Source: a candidate division WOR-3 bacterium (GTDB lineage Bacteria; Hydrothermota; Tepidihabitantia; SM23-42). From it: a stretch of DNA of 64,000 nt. Shown here piece after piece: positions 35,502 through 45,508 of this stretch; within the stretch, counting starts at the first letter, position 1, and the number at the start of each line of letters is the position of its first letter. Both the position numbers and the translations under genes were made by a program. The DNA lies in assembly GCA_027026255.1 (NCBI GenBank), contig JALVOT010000014.1, forward strand, positions 23,986 through 87,985. The letters run 5' to 3'. The notes beneath the pieces were generated by a model, which was not told the DNA's origin, made no database searches, and worked only from the letters and a program-made list of their open reading frames with translations.

Positions 35502-36100
35502 TATTGCCCCTTTCTTACATATTTATTGATTAATGCCTTTAATATTCCGATTACCAGAAAGGCACCGGGTGGAAGGATCATAAATATAACCGGTGACTTT
35601 TTGAAGCCTTCACCAAGCACCACCATTCCCAGGAATGTGCCGTTGCCCAGAATTTCCCGAATCGTGCCCATAATAGTCAGGGCTATGGTGAACCCCAGTC
35701 CGGTTCCCAAGCCGTCAAGTGCTGCATCAAGGACCGAATTCTTGGAAGCAAAGGCTTCGGCCCGGCCCAGAATCATACAGTTTACAACAATCAAAGGGAC
35801 AAACACACCCAGGGCACGATAAAGTTCGGGTTCGTATGCCTGCATAAAGTAGTCAATAATCGTAACAAATGTCGATATGATTAATATGAATATGGGTATC
35901 CTTACCTGATTCGGGATATTCCTGCGCAGCACCGATATTATAACATTTGAGAAGAATAGAACAAAGGTTGCGGCCAGACCCATACCAAAACCGTCGCGCA
36001 CTGTCCCTGAGGTGGCAAGGGCTGGACAGAGTCCAATCATCAGGACAAATACTGCATTCTCTTTCATTAATCCCCGGGTAAAGATATTTATTCGTTTCAT
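35501..36100 (-). CDS. rnfE: Rnf electron-transport complex subunit E
   Basis: 199 aa; LMIGLCPALATS signature. Confidence 0.85.
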   Translation of the reverse strand: MKRINIFTRGLMKENAVFVLMIGLCPALATSGTVRDGFGMGLAATFVLFFSNVIISVLRRNIPNQVRIPIFILIISTFVTIIDYFMQAYEPELYRALGVFVPLIVVNCMILGRAEAFASKNSVLDAALDGLGTGLGFTIALTIMGTIREILGNGTFLGMVVLGEGFKKSPVIFMILPPGAFLVIGILKALINKYVRKGQ

Positions 36101-36993
36101 TTCAAATACTCCTTAAACCGTTTAATGCCGTTCTTCACGCCATTGATTAATGCCTTAGATGAAATTGTCGCACCGGTTATCGCTTCGGGCATTCCTTTTT
36201 TAAATTTATTGAGAAAATTCTGGTCTTTGATTTTGTCACCAAAGCCGGCGCTTTCATTTATATAGAGAATATCGACCCCGGTGATTTTCTTTTTCTTATT
36301 TAATCCCACAATGAACTTAATCGTATCAAGATAGCCGGATGTTGCACCGATAAATACGATACCCAGGGTATCGGTATCACTCAATGCATACCAGAGGGTA
36401 TCTTTTATAATAGGAGAAAATGATTTTGCCCCGGGGAAGAGCTTCTTTTTATCGTATGTGGGGCCTAAATATTTTGAATAGGTATCAATGCCCTGTTTAA
36501 TACCATTGCAGACCGCCCTTGATGATATCGTTGCGGCGGTAATGCCATCGATTGTGCCGCCGTCTTTTTTCAGTAATACATCATTACCACATTTTCCGAT
36601 AAATTGTCCGGTAAATTCCGGTTCCGTGGTCTTGACACCCAAACCCGGAGTCTCTTTCAGACCTTCAGCTGCACTGGCAATCTTTATTCCGGTAATCTTA
36701 CCATCCGGGCCTAAACCTACGGTTATGGGGATAGGTCCACCATAGCCGCGCGGAAATACCCGATAAACAATGCCTACTCTGTTGCCGGCCGAATCAAATG
36801 CCTGCCATAGGGTATCCGGGATAATATTCTTAAATTCCCGGGCTTCGATAACCTGTCTTAATCCTTCAAGACTCAATTTCTTTTTGGTTTCTTTTATCCG
36901 GGGCGAAGTAAATGCATAAACAAATGATAATACAACAGCACAGACGAGTGCAACGATAAACAGGGTCAGAACCATTTTCCTCGTGTCGTTCAT
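36097..36993 (-). CDS. rnfG: Rnf subunit G with tandemly duplicated FMN-binding domain
   Basis: 298 aa, about 100 aa longer than usual. Two homologous modules, each ending in the FMN-attachment motif (IDGITAATISSRAVCNGIKQGI; EAITGATISSKALINGVKNGIKRF) and each starting with DTLW. Confidence 0.8.
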   Translation of the reverse strand: MNDTRKMVLTLFIVALVCAVVLSFVYAFTSPRIKETKKKLSLEGLRQVIEAREFKNIIPDTLWQAFDSAGNRVGIVYRVFPRGYGGPIPITVGLGPDGKITGIKIASAAEGLKETPGLGVKTTEPEFTGQFIGKCGNDVLLKKDGGTIDGITAATISSRAVCNGIKQGIDTYSKYLGPTYDKKKLFPGAKSFSPIIKDTLWYALSDTDTLGIVFIGATSGYLDTIKFIVGLNKKKKITGVDILYINESAGFGDKIKDQNFLNKFKKGMPEAITGATISSKALINGVKNGIKRFKEYLK

Positions 36994-37985
36994 TTCTTTC
37001 CCTTTCTGATTTCTCCAAAAACCCGTTCCCTGGTCAATCGATCAATAAGCGGCGTGAAGACATTCATTAAAAGAATTGAATATGATACACCTTCAGGATA
37101 TCCACCCCAGACTCTTATCACCATTGTGAGCACACCACAACCAATCCCAAAGATCCACCTGCCCTTTTTGGTAATGGGCGAGGTTACCCAATCGGTTGCC
37201 ATAAAGAAGACACCAAGGAATAGACCGCCCGAAAACAGGTGGAAGAGAAGGCTGCCTCTGGTTGGGAGAACCAAGGCGAGCAGGATAAAACTGCCCAGAT
37301 ATCCTACAACAATGCGGTAATCAGTAATTCCAATGATAATTAAAAATATTCCCCCAATTAATAATAATAGGGCAGAGGTTTCTCCAATGCATCCTCCGAC
37401 CTTACCGATAAAAAGGTTCTTAATCGTTGCGAATTCATTCAAATGTTTGATAACAAAATGGGGATCACCATAGTTTGCCGCATTTTTCAAGAGATTGAGT
37501 GGTGTCGCCGAGGTTATACCATCAATACCCGATAGAGTTCCGTTTACCGGGGCAAGCCATTCCTTGGTCATCGCCCAGGGCCAGGATGCCATTAAAAATG
37601 CACGGCCGGCCAATGCCGGATTAATGAAATTGTAACCCAGCCCACCGAATAACTGTTTTGCAAAGATTATGGCAAATGCGCTTCCTACAATCGGGATCCA
37701 GAAAGGAACCCCGGGCGGCAGGTTGAATGCAAGTAGTATTCCGGTGAGGATTGCGCTGCCGTCGGTGATGCTGATATTCCGACCCAACATGCGCTCCATT
37801 ACTGCCTCACACACAACACTTGTGATAATACTTAACAGCACAATAATCAATGCCCTGATACCAAAGAGATAAGTGCTGAAAATCAAGGTTGGGATGAGGG
37901 CGATAATAACCAGACGCATTGCCTTATTGATATCTCGCTTTGACCTTATATGAGGAGATGCAGATACCTGTAATAATTCTTTCAT
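36990..37985 (-). CDS. rnfD: Rnf electron-transport complex subunit D
   Basis: 331 aa polytopic NqrB/RnfD-type protein; conserved GGxxxN/P regions. Confidence 0.85.
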   Translation of the reverse strand: MKELLQVSASPHIRSKRDINKAMRLVIIALIPTLIFSTYLFGIRALIIVLLSIITSVVCEAVMERMLGRNISITDGSAILTGILLAFNLPPGVPFWIPIVGSAFAIIFAKQLFGGLGYNFINPALAGRAFLMASWPWAMTKEWLAPVNGTLSGIDGITSATPLNLLKNAANYGDPHFVIKHLNEFATIKNLFIGKVGGCIGETSALLLLIGGIFLIIIGITDYRIVVGYLGSFILLALVLPTRGSLLFHLFSGGLFLGVFFMATDWVTSPITKKGRWIFGIGCGVLTMVIRVWGGYPEGVSYSILLMNVFTPLIDRLTRERVFGEIRKGKK

Positions 37986-39274
37986 TTTTTCTCGGTTCTC
38001 CTTATCTCTGCTTTACCATATTTAATATAATGAACAAGCGGGATTCTTGCCGGACAACTGTAGGCACAACATCCACATTCAATACAATCCAAGGCGCCAA
38101 ACTCCTTTGCCGTTTTGAACCGGCGGTTTTTGACAAATTTATAAATTTCCGTAGGCATCAAGCCCATAGGGCAGACATCAATACAACTGGCACAGCGCAC
38201 ACATGGACCTTCAGGAAATGTTTGTGCCCTGGCCCGGACAATTATCCCTGATGTGCCTTTGATTACCGGGACCTCGTCGGTGAATTGGGCAATGCCCATC
38301 ATCGGGCCGCCAAAGATAATCTTCTTTGGTGGGTTTGTGTATCCGCCGCAGTGGTTTATTACATCTATCGCCCGGGTTCCAATACGGACGAGAAGATTTT
38401 TCGGTTCTTTTATACCATCGCCAGTAACCGTAACAACCCGGTCGATCAATGGTTTACGGTATTTTGCCGCTTGGAATGCAGCATAGGCAGTTCCAACATT
38501 CTGAACCACACATCCAACATCCATCGGCAGGCCTCCCCTGGGGACCTCACGATTGAGCACCGCCTTAATCAACTGTTTCTCTGCACCTTGAGGATATTTT
38601 GTCTTTAAAATTACCACTTCAACGCCTTCTTTTTTTAAGACATCGGCGGCATCAAGTTTATTATTTTCAATTGCGAATATGAGCCGGGGTGCATCTAAAA
38701 CACGCTGGAATAAACCGGCGCCTTCAATTATGCCAATCGGGTATTCCAGAATTAATCGGTGATCAGCAGTAAGCATTGGTTCACATTCACAGCCGTTTAT
38801 AATAATGGTATCTATCTTTTTACCCTCAGGTGGAGATAGTTTGACATAGGTTGGAAATGCTGCACCCCCCAGACCCACGATACCGGCTTCTTTAATGATC
38901 TCAATAAGTTCTTTGCGGCTTAAGGATTCATAATTCTGCTTTACCTTAACGCCTTGTTCCCATTCATCCTGATTATTTGATTCAATAATACAGCAGAGTG
39001 ACTCTCCGACAACCGGGTGGGGATATTTTTTGATATCCACCACCGTGCCTGAAATACTTGAATGGACCGAACTGGAAATAAAGCCATCTGCTTCACCGAT
39101 CTTTGTGCCTACCTTTACCTCATCGCCCTTTTTTACCAGGGGAAGTGCTGGTTTGCCAGTATGCTGAGAAAAGGGGATATAGACCCTTTTTGGTAAGGGC
39201 ATCGCCTCAATAGCAATCTTTTCAGTATATTTTTCTTCGTGGGGATGAACTCCACCAGAAAATCCCTTTGCCAT
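37982..39274 (-). CDS. rnfC: Rnf electron-transport complex subunit C (start refined to ATG 39272-39274)
   Basis: Two 4Fe-4S motifs (CASCIDVCP; CIECGCCAYSCP) and NADH-binding fold. The internal ATG (MAKGFSGGVHP...) lies 7 nt after a consensus promoter, so the TTG at 39292 in the ORF track is rejected. Confidence 0.85.
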   Translation of the reverse strand: MAKGFSGGVHPHEEKYTEKIAIEAMPLPKRVYIPFSQHTGKPALPLVKKGDEVKVGTKIGEADGFISSSVHSSISGTVVDIKKYPHPVVGESLCCIIESNNQDEWEQGVKVKQNYESLSRKELIEIIKEAGIVGLGGAAFPTYVKLSPPEGKKIDTIIINGCECEPMLTADHRLILEYPIGIIEGAGLFQRVLDAPRLIFAIENNKLDAADVLKKEGVEVVILKTKYPQGAEKQLIKAVLNREVPRGGLPMDVGCVVQNVGTAYAAFQAAKYRKPLIDRVVTVTGDGIKEPKNLLVRIGTRAIDVINHCGGYTNPPKKIIFGGPMMGIAQFTDEVPVIKGTSGIIVRARAQTFPEGPCVRCASCIDVCPMGLMPTEIYKFVKNRRFKTAKEFGALDCIECGCCAYSCPARIPLVHYIKYGKAEIRRTEKK

Positions 39275-39281
39275 ATCAAGC

Positions 39282-39309
39282 AGTATAGTCAATTTTTTTC
39301 CAAAGTCAA
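39282..39309 (-). promoter_or_regulatory. Leaderless sigma70-type promoter (TTGACT, 16 bp, TATACT, 7 nt to ATG) for rnfCDGEA
   Basis: -35 at 39304-39309, -10 at 39282-39287 on the minus strand. Confidence 0.5.
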
Positions 39310-39724
39310 TAATTTTTTAGCAATTATCATATTTTATTAAAAAAATTTTCTGGACGGTGCAGCCTTTTCTCTCTGTTGAACCTGATTTATTCTGAGCAGA
39401 TTCACTTTACAGGTTATAAACATACATAGAAAATTTCCGGTTTCTGGTTTATAGATAATCGTTATTCATTCCAGGCACCGTCGCCATTTTTTTATTTTTA
39501 ATTAATATTAATTAATGATAATATTTTTGTTATGGGGTATATCTATGAAGATAATGAGATGTTTATGATGGCCGGGGATGGTGATGGTGAAGAGACAAAT
39601 CACGGTGCGGCTGATGACCGGTTCGGTCTCTTGATGGAAATGGATTACGGCGGTTGTGCTGTTATTAAACAGGGCCAATCAGACAACTCAAATTGTGCGG
39701 CAATCTGATTTTATATAATGGGCG

Positions 39725-39752
39725 TTGACAAGTAATAGTTATTAGATATAAT
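39725..39752 (+). promoter_or_regulatory. Leaderless sigma70-type promoter (TTGACA, 16 bp, TATAAT, 6 nt to ATG 39759)
   Basis: Perfect consensus hexamers. Confidence 0.6.
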
Positions 39753-39758
39753 TTCATT

Positions 39759-40775
39759 ATGATGCTTAAGAGATTGAGTGAGTTATATGGTGTGAGTGGT
39801 GATGAGGAAGAGGTGAGAAATTTTATCAAACTACAGATTAAGGATGATGTCGATGATATGATTGAAGATGCCTATGGTAATTTGATTGCCCGTAAAGGAA
39901 AGAAAAAGCTTCCTAAGATAATGCTTGCTGCACATATGGATGAGGTTGGCTTTATGATCACTGCGGTTGAAAAGAACGGCCTTTTGAGGTTTCGTTCGAT
40001 TGGAATATTGCCCCAGGTGGTTCTGGCAAAACGGGTGGCATTTCGTAATAAAGATATCAAAGGGGTTATTGGTGCGAAACCTGTCCATCAATTAAAACCT
40101 GAAGAACAGAAAAGTATCCCAGAACCGGACCAACTATTTATTGATATCGGGGTTAGTAGCAAGGAAGAGGCAGAAAAATTGGTGCAGGTGGGTGATTACT
40201 GCACATTTGATACCCGATTCCGCAGGCAGGGTAATACCATTTTTGGAAAGGCGTTTGACAATCGGGTCGGTTGTTATGTGCTTATTCAATTAATAAAAAA
40301 TTATGACCTACCATGTTATTATACCTTCACCGTGCAGGAGGAGTTGGGATTGATGGGTGCCCGTATCGCCGGTTATCGTATTGACCCGCAGATTGCCCTG
40401 GCAGTTGATACGACCGCATCAGGAAAATGGCCGACAGAAAAGGATCTTCCTCAATATCCTGAATTAAATAAGGGACCGGCAATCAGTATCGCCGACCGTT
40501 CTGTAATCTGTGACAAAGAATTAACCGGGCTTATAATCAAAACCGCCCAGGAAAACAGTATACCATATCAGTTCAAAAGGCCGATGATTGGGGGGACCGA
40601 TGCCGGGGAGATTCATCTTGTTAAAAGAGGTGTGAAGAGTGCGGTATTATGCACACCAGCCCGATATATCCATTCACCACTCTCTATCGCTTCATTAAAG
40701 GACATTGAGGCGTTGATTAAATTATTGAACCTAAGTATTAAAAAGATTTTAACCAGGGGAGAACTATGGAATTGA
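39759..40775 (+). CDS. M42-family metallo-aminopeptidase (FrvX/TET-like)
   Basis: 338 aa; AAHMDEVGFMI, metal-ligand contexts; tandem with a paralogue. Confidence 0.8.
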   Translation: MMLKRLSELYGVSGDEEEVRNFIKLQIKDDVDDMIEDAYGNLIARKGKKKLPKIMLAAHMDEVGFMITAVEKNGLLRFRSIGILPQVVLAKRVAFRNKDIKGVIGAKPVHQLKPEEQKSIPEPDQLFIDIGVSSKEEAEKLVQVGDYCTFDTRFRRQGNTIFGKAFDNRVGCYVLIQLIKNYDLPCYYTFTVQEELGLMGARIAGYRIDPQIALAVDTTASGKWPTEKDLPQYPELNKGPAISIADRSVICDKELTGLIIKTAQENSIPYQFKRPMIGGTDAGEIHLVKRGVKSAVLCTPARYIHSPLSIASLKDIEALIKLLNLSIKKILTRGELWN

Positions 40776-41767
40776 TAAAGAAGTTGTGTGAGACCTTTGG
40801 CCCGTCCGGTCGGGAAGAATCAGTGCGGAAATTGATTCAGCATACCGTAAAGACCTATTGCGACGAATTGAAGGTTGATGCATTGGGCAATCTTATCTGC
40901 CGGAAAAAACCGCGGCGAAAGGCAAAGAATACATCGAGGATAATGTTCTGCGCCCATATGGATGAAATTGGTTTGATAATAACCCATATTGAAAAACGGG
41001 GATTTTTAAGGTTTGCTCCGGTTGGTGGTGTCTATTCTGAAAGGTGTCTTGCCCAGAGGGTAAAATTTGAATCAGGGATTGTTGGTATTATCGGTGTTGA
41101 GACAAAACCGGAAACTCCAAAACCGCCCCGGCTCGATAATATGTTCATCGATATCGGGGCGAGGAATCGCAAAGAGGCGGAAAGGTTAGTAAAGATAGGT
41201 GATATGGCGACATTTTACCAGCGAGTTGAAAAATTGCAGGGCAGGATTGTTGCCAAGGCACTGGACGATCGGATTGGTTGCTACTGTCTGATTGAGGCAT
41301 TAAAAAGGGTTAAGAAAAATAAGGATGAACTCTATTTTGTATTTTCCGCCCAGGAAGAGGTGGGAGCACGCGGGGCAAGGACCGGGGCCTATGCCATAGA
41401 ACCAGAATATGCCCTGGCGGTTGATGTGACCGGAACCGGAGATACTCCGCAGTCTCCAAGGATGGCGGTTGCTCTGGGTGAAGGGACGGCAATCAAGGTA
41501 AAGGATAGTAATTTTATTACCCATCCTTTTATTAAGGACCGTCTTATCCAGTATGCCCGAAAAAATAAGATTATTTATCAACTTGAAGTCCTTGAATACG
41601 GCACCACAGATGCTTCAGTTATTCAGATTGTGCGCGAAGGCGCATTAAGTGGTGTTCTCTCCATACCAAGTCGTTATATCCATTCCACGGGTGAGGTTTG
41701 TGACCTGGGAGATGTTGAACAGACAATCAGGTTGCTTGCCTGCAGTGCTGAAAATGGATTTGAATAA
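40766..41767 (+). CDS. M42-family metallo-aminopeptidase (paralogue)
   Basis: 333 aa; CAHMDEIGLII; overlaps the upstream paralogue by 10 nt. Confidence 0.8.
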   Translation: MELIKKLCETFGPSGREESVRKLIQHTVKTYCDELKVDALGNLICRKKPRRKAKNTSRIMFCAHMDEIGLIITHIEKRGFLRFAPVGGVYSERCLAQRVKFESGIVGIIGVETKPETPKPPRLDNMFIDIGARNRKEAERLVKIGDMATFYQRVEKLQGRIVAKALDDRIGCYCLIEALKRVKKNKDELYFVFSAQEEVGARGARTGAYAIEPEYALAVDVTGTGDTPQSPRMAVALGEGTAIKVKDSNFITHPFIKDRLIQYARKNKIIYQLEVLEYGTTDASVIQIVREGALSGVLSIPSRYIHSTGEVCDLGDVEQTIRLLACSAENGFE

Positions 41768-41773
41768 TAATTT

Positions 41774-42526
41774 ATGAAGAAAGGCTATTCGGTTGTAATA
41801 ACCTCAACTGATAGCACAAATACCCGGTCTTTTTTTCTCTCCCGGACATTCTTAAACATTTGTGTGGTAATTGCCGGTATCATAGTCATTGCCTTAGTGG
41901 TGGCTGTAGTAAATTACGGACGGGTATATGTTAGGGCGATTCAGGCCGATGCCCTGAAAAAAAGAAATCTTAAACTGGAGAAGGAGTTTGCAAAGTTAAA
42001 ACAGATAGAAAAACTCATTGCCCAGACTGAAGACTATGGTAAGAAATTAAAGAATATGCTGGGAGTTGAAAAGACCCCACCGCCCGTTGAGATAAATTTT
42101 AATGGTTTTACAACTGATATAAAGCGTCCTGATTCTCTAAATATTACAAAAGACAATATCCCATCGCTTTTGCCGGTGGTGGGTCAGATTTCACGCAGCT
42201 TTGGTATTAATCATAAAGGTATTGATATTGCTGCGCCCCAGTTATCTCCAGTGGTTGCCGCCGGTTCTGGTATTGTGCAGCAAACAGGCTGGGATTCATT
42301 ATTCGGTAATTATGTGATTGTGAAGCATAATAAAGACTATTCGACATTCTATGGACATCTCTATTCAGTGGATGTGAAGAAAGGAGATAAGATCAATGGT
42401 GGTCAGATTATCGGAACAGTTGGGTCAACTGGAAGTTCAACTTCACCCCATCTGCATTATGAGGTAAGGTTTCGAGGGAAACAGGTTGACCCAATGGGCT
42501 ATCTGCCCTTTTTTATCAAAATGTGA
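41774..42526 (+). CDS. M23-family peptidoglycan metalloendopeptidase
   Basis: 250 aa; N-terminal TM and coiled coil; HKGIDIAAP...HLHYEV zinc-ligand motifs. Confidence 0.75.
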   Translation: MKKGYSVVITSTDSTNTRSFFLSRTFLNICVVIAGIIVIALVVAVVNYGRVYVRAIQADALKKRNLKLEKEFAKLKQIEKLIAQTEDYGKKLKNMLGVEKTPPPVEINFNGFTTDIKRPDSLNITKDNIPSLLPVVGQISRSFGINHKGIDIAAPQLSPVVAAGSGIVQQTGWDSLFGNYVIVKHNKDYSTFYGHLYSVDVKKGDKINGGQIIGTVGSTGSSTSPHLHYEVRFRGKQVDPMGYLPFFIKM

Positions 42527-42535
42527 GGTGAATTG

Positions 42536-43492
42536 GTGAAGGTTTTAATTACCGGAATATCCGGTTTTGTTGGAAGCCATCTGGCTGAATACTTTTTGGT
42601 ACAGAAAAATTGTGAGGTTTTTGGAACGATTAAGTGGCGTTCAATGCGTGATAATATCGTTCATATTGAGAAACAGATAAAACTATTTGAGTGTGATATA
42701 AATGATGCCTTTGCTATGAAGATGATGCTGGCTGAGGTCAGACCCGATTACATATTCCATCTTGCTGCCCAGAGTTATGTTCCGTTCTCCTGGCGTGCGC
42801 CGCAGGAGACAATCAGTACCAATGTTATTGGTGAGGTAAATCTCTTTGAATCCGTAAGAGAATTGAAACTTGATTCAAAGATACAGATTGCCGGTTCGAG
42901 TGAAGAATACGGTCTTGTCTATCCTGAAGAGACTCCAATTAAAGAGACAAATCCCTTAAGGCCTTTAAGCCCATATGCAGTTAGTAAGGTGGCACAGGAT
43001 TTTCTCGGTTATCAATATTTTAAGAGTTACGGTCTAAAGATCGTCCGCACCCGGGCATTTAATCATACCGGACCCCGGCGTGGAGATGTCTTTGTTACCT
43101 CCAATTTTGCAAAACAGCTGGTTGAGATAGAAAAAGGAATGCGCCGGCCGGTTATCTATGTGGGAAATCTGAATGCGGTGCGCGATTTTCTCGATGTGCG
43201 TGATGTGGTGCGGGCATATGTGCTTGCCCTGGAAAAGGGCGAACCCGGAGAGGTCTATAATATTGCGTCAGGAAAGGGTATTAAGATTAAGGAACTGCTT
43301 GATCGTTTAATTGAATTATCCGGTGTTGATTTAAAGGTGGAAGCTGATCCTGCTCGATTAAGACCCAGTGATGTTGAACTTTTAATCGGTTCGCCTGAGA
43401 AGTTTCAGAAGGCAACCGGCTGGAAACCTGAGATACCGTTTGACAAAACATTAAAAGACCTGCTTGATTTCTGGCGTGAGAAACTGAAATGA
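42536..43492 (+). CDS. NAD-dependent sugar-nucleotide epimerase/dehydratase (SDR family)
   Basis: Rossmann GISGFVGSHL; catalytic YAVSK. GTG 42536 after GAGGTG SD (ORF track gives TTG 42533). Confidence 0.8.
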   Translation: MKVLITGISGFVGSHLAEYFLVQKNCEVFGTIKWRSMRDNIVHIEKQIKLFECDINDAFAMKMMLAEVRPDYIFHLAAQSYVPFSWRAPQETISTNVIGEVNLFESVRELKLDSKIQIAGSSEEYGLVYPEETPIKETNPLRPLSPYAVSKVAQDFLGYQYFKSYGLKIVRTRAFNHTGPRRGDVFVTSNFAKQLVEIEKGMRRPVIYVGNLNAVRDFLDVRDVVRAYVLALEKGEPGEVYNIASGKGIKIKELLDRLIELSGVDLKVEADPARLRPSDVELLIGSPEKFQKATGWKPEIPFDKTLKDLLDFWREKLK

Positions 43493-44406
43493 AGACCGTT
43501 CTTATTACCGGAAGCGAGGGGTTTGTCGGCGGTTATTTACTTACTGCATTAAAAGAGGACCTTTATAAGATTGTTCCGACAAGCCATCCCAGGTTGATCC
43601 CCAAAATAGGTGAGTATATACCGCTTGATATCCTGAGTTTTGAAATGACCAGGGAGATTATAAGGGAATATAAACCTGACATAATTTTCCATCTTGCGGC
43701 AATAAGTTCGGTATCGCGTTCATTCCGGGAGCCACCGGTTACATATGATACAAATATTATGGGCACAGTAAATCTTTTAGAATCCGCAAGGTCATTGAAT
43801 TCAAAAGTCCGTTTTATCTATGTTTCAACCTGTGAGGTTTATGGTGGAGGTCGTAATCTCTCTGAAGATGCACCCATTGTTTTAAAAAACCCCTATGCGG
43901 TGAGTAAATATGCTGCTGAGCTGGTATGTCAGAATTATGGACAATTCGGCATTGATTGGATGATACTCAGACCATTTACCCATACCGGACCCGGCCAGGC
44001 AGACAATTTTGTTCTCTCTTCGATTGCCCGCCAGATTGCAGAGATGGAAAAAGATAAAAAACCGCCTCTGATTGAACTCGGTAATATCAAGGCAGAACGG
44101 GAGTTTATGAATGTTCGGGATATAGTGTATGGATATCGTCTTGCCCTGAAAAAGTGTCGGGTGAAAAAAATATATAATATTTCATCAAATAAGGGCTATA
44201 CAATCGAAAAGGTGCTGCGGATATTCAAAAAGATTGCCCGTAAGAAGTTCGAGATAAAGGTGAGTGCGGAACGAGTGCGAAAGGTTGATATCCCCTATCT
44301 TATTGGCAATGGAAGACGATTTTCCCGGGCAACCGGCTGGAAACCAGGGGTGACCATTGAAAAGACGGTCGAAGACCTTTTAAATTACTGGCGCGCAAAG
44401 ATATAA
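43489..44406 (+). CDS. NAD-dependent sugar-nucleotide epimerase/dehydratase (second paralogue)
   Basis: GSEGFVGGYL; YAVSKYAAE; start overlaps the upstream stop. Confidence 0.8.
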   Translation: MKTVLITGSEGFVGGYLLTALKEDLYKIVPTSHPRLIPKIGEYIPLDILSFEMTREIIREYKPDIIFHLAAISSVSRSFREPPVTYDTNIMGTVNLLESARSLNSKVRFIYVSTCEVYGGGRNLSEDAPIVLKNPYAVSKYAAELVCQNYGQFGIDWMILRPFTHTGPGQADNFVLSSIARQIAEMEKDKKPPLIELGNIKAEREFMNVRDIVYGYRLALKKCRVKKIYNISSNKGYTIEKVLRIFKKIARKKFEIKVSAERVRKVDIPYLIGNGRRFSRATGWKPGVTIEKTVEDLLNYWRAKI

Positions 44407-44413
44407 AAAATCA

Positions 44414-45508
44414 ATGAACATTTTGCTGATTAACTGGCAGGATTGGCTCAATCCATATGCCGGCGGTGCTGAGGTTTATATGTATGAAATCTTTTCCCGT
44501 TTGATAAAAAAAGGACATCGGGTAGTGCTGCTTTGTAGTCGTGCACCCGGGCAGAGCCGATTTGAGAAACTGGATGGATTTGAAATTCATCGATTAGGTA
44601 ATCGGCAAAACTTCAACTTTTTAGCGGTCTCAGGCTTGCGGGCGATACTCAGACATAATAATATTGATATTATTGTTGACGACCTGAATAAGATTCCATT
44701 CTATTCCCCGGCATTTACCCGAAAAAGGGTCTTACCGATTGTGATGCATATCTTTCGTGGTTCGATTTATCGCGAGACAAATTTTCTTTTTGCAAGTTAT
44801 GTTTTTTTAACCGAGAGGTTGATTCCCTTTTTTTATGCGGGTTCAAACTTTGTGGCAATTTCAAAGAGTACCGCCCGGGATCTTGAGGATATCGGGGTGA
44901 AAAAAAAGGTCTTTGTTGTCCATTCAGGGATTCCTGAGATTCCCGAATTTAAAAACATCTCCCGGATTGAAAATCTTGTTGTCTATGTGGGAAGGGTAAA
45001 ACGATACAAGTCTATCGACCACTTTATCCAGGCGGTAAAGTTGATTAGTAAGAAACAGAAGATTATCGCCCGGGTCGTGGGTGATGGTGATGCCTTAGAG
45101 TATCTCAAACAACTTTCTAAGGATCTGGAGGTCGATGTTCAATTTACCGGTTTTGTATCAGAAAAGGAGAAATACAGGATATATCAAAGTGCCCGGGTCG
45201 TTGTTCAACCATCAATCAAAGAGGGGTGGGGACTTACTGCAATTGAGGCTCAGGCCTGTGCAACACCGGTGGTCTGTGCGGATGCCCCCGGTCTGAGAGA
45301 GGCGGTTTTCCATAATAAGACCGGTTTTCTTTATCCATATGGTGATATCGAGATATTTGCAAAAAGGATTTTGCAGTTGATTAATGATGATGACCTCTGG
45401 AATAAATTTTCCGCGGCAGCAAAAAACTGGGCTCAAGAATTTTCCTGGGATAGATCAGCCGAGAAGATGGAGTCGATATTAATTGAACAGATTTTAAATG
45501 AAAATTAA
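44414..45508 (+). CDS. Family-4 glycosyltransferase
   Basis: 364 aa; GT-B C-terminal motif EGWGLTAIEAQACATPVV. Confidence 0.8.
   Translation: MNILLINWQDWLNPYAGGAEVYMYEIFSRLIKKGHRVVLLCSRAPGQSRFEKLDGFEIHRLGNRQNFNFLAVSGLRAILRHNNIDIIVDDLNKIPFYSPAFTRKRVLPIVMHIFRGSIYRETNFLFASYVFLTERLIPFFYAGSNFVAISKSTARDLEDIGVKKKVFVVHSGIPEIPEFKNISRIENLVVYVGRVKRYKSIDHFIQAVKLISKKQKIIARVVGDGDALEYLKQLSKDLEVDVQFTGFVSEKEKYRIYQSARVVVQPSIKEGWGLTAIEAQACATPVVCADAPGLREAVFHNKTGFLYPYGDIEIFAKRILQLINDDDLWNKFSAAAKNWAQEFSWDRSAEKMESILIEQILNEN

Noticed and set aside
39275-39292. TTG start of RnfC given by the ORF track
   Set aside because: A consensus promoter places the -10 inside this extension; the ATG at 39272-39274 gives the typical RnfC N-terminus.
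39759-41767. Tandem M42 peptidase paralogues as a notable feature
   Set aside because: Tandem M42 (FrvX/TET-type) aminopeptidase genes are common in anaerobes; recorded as features only.
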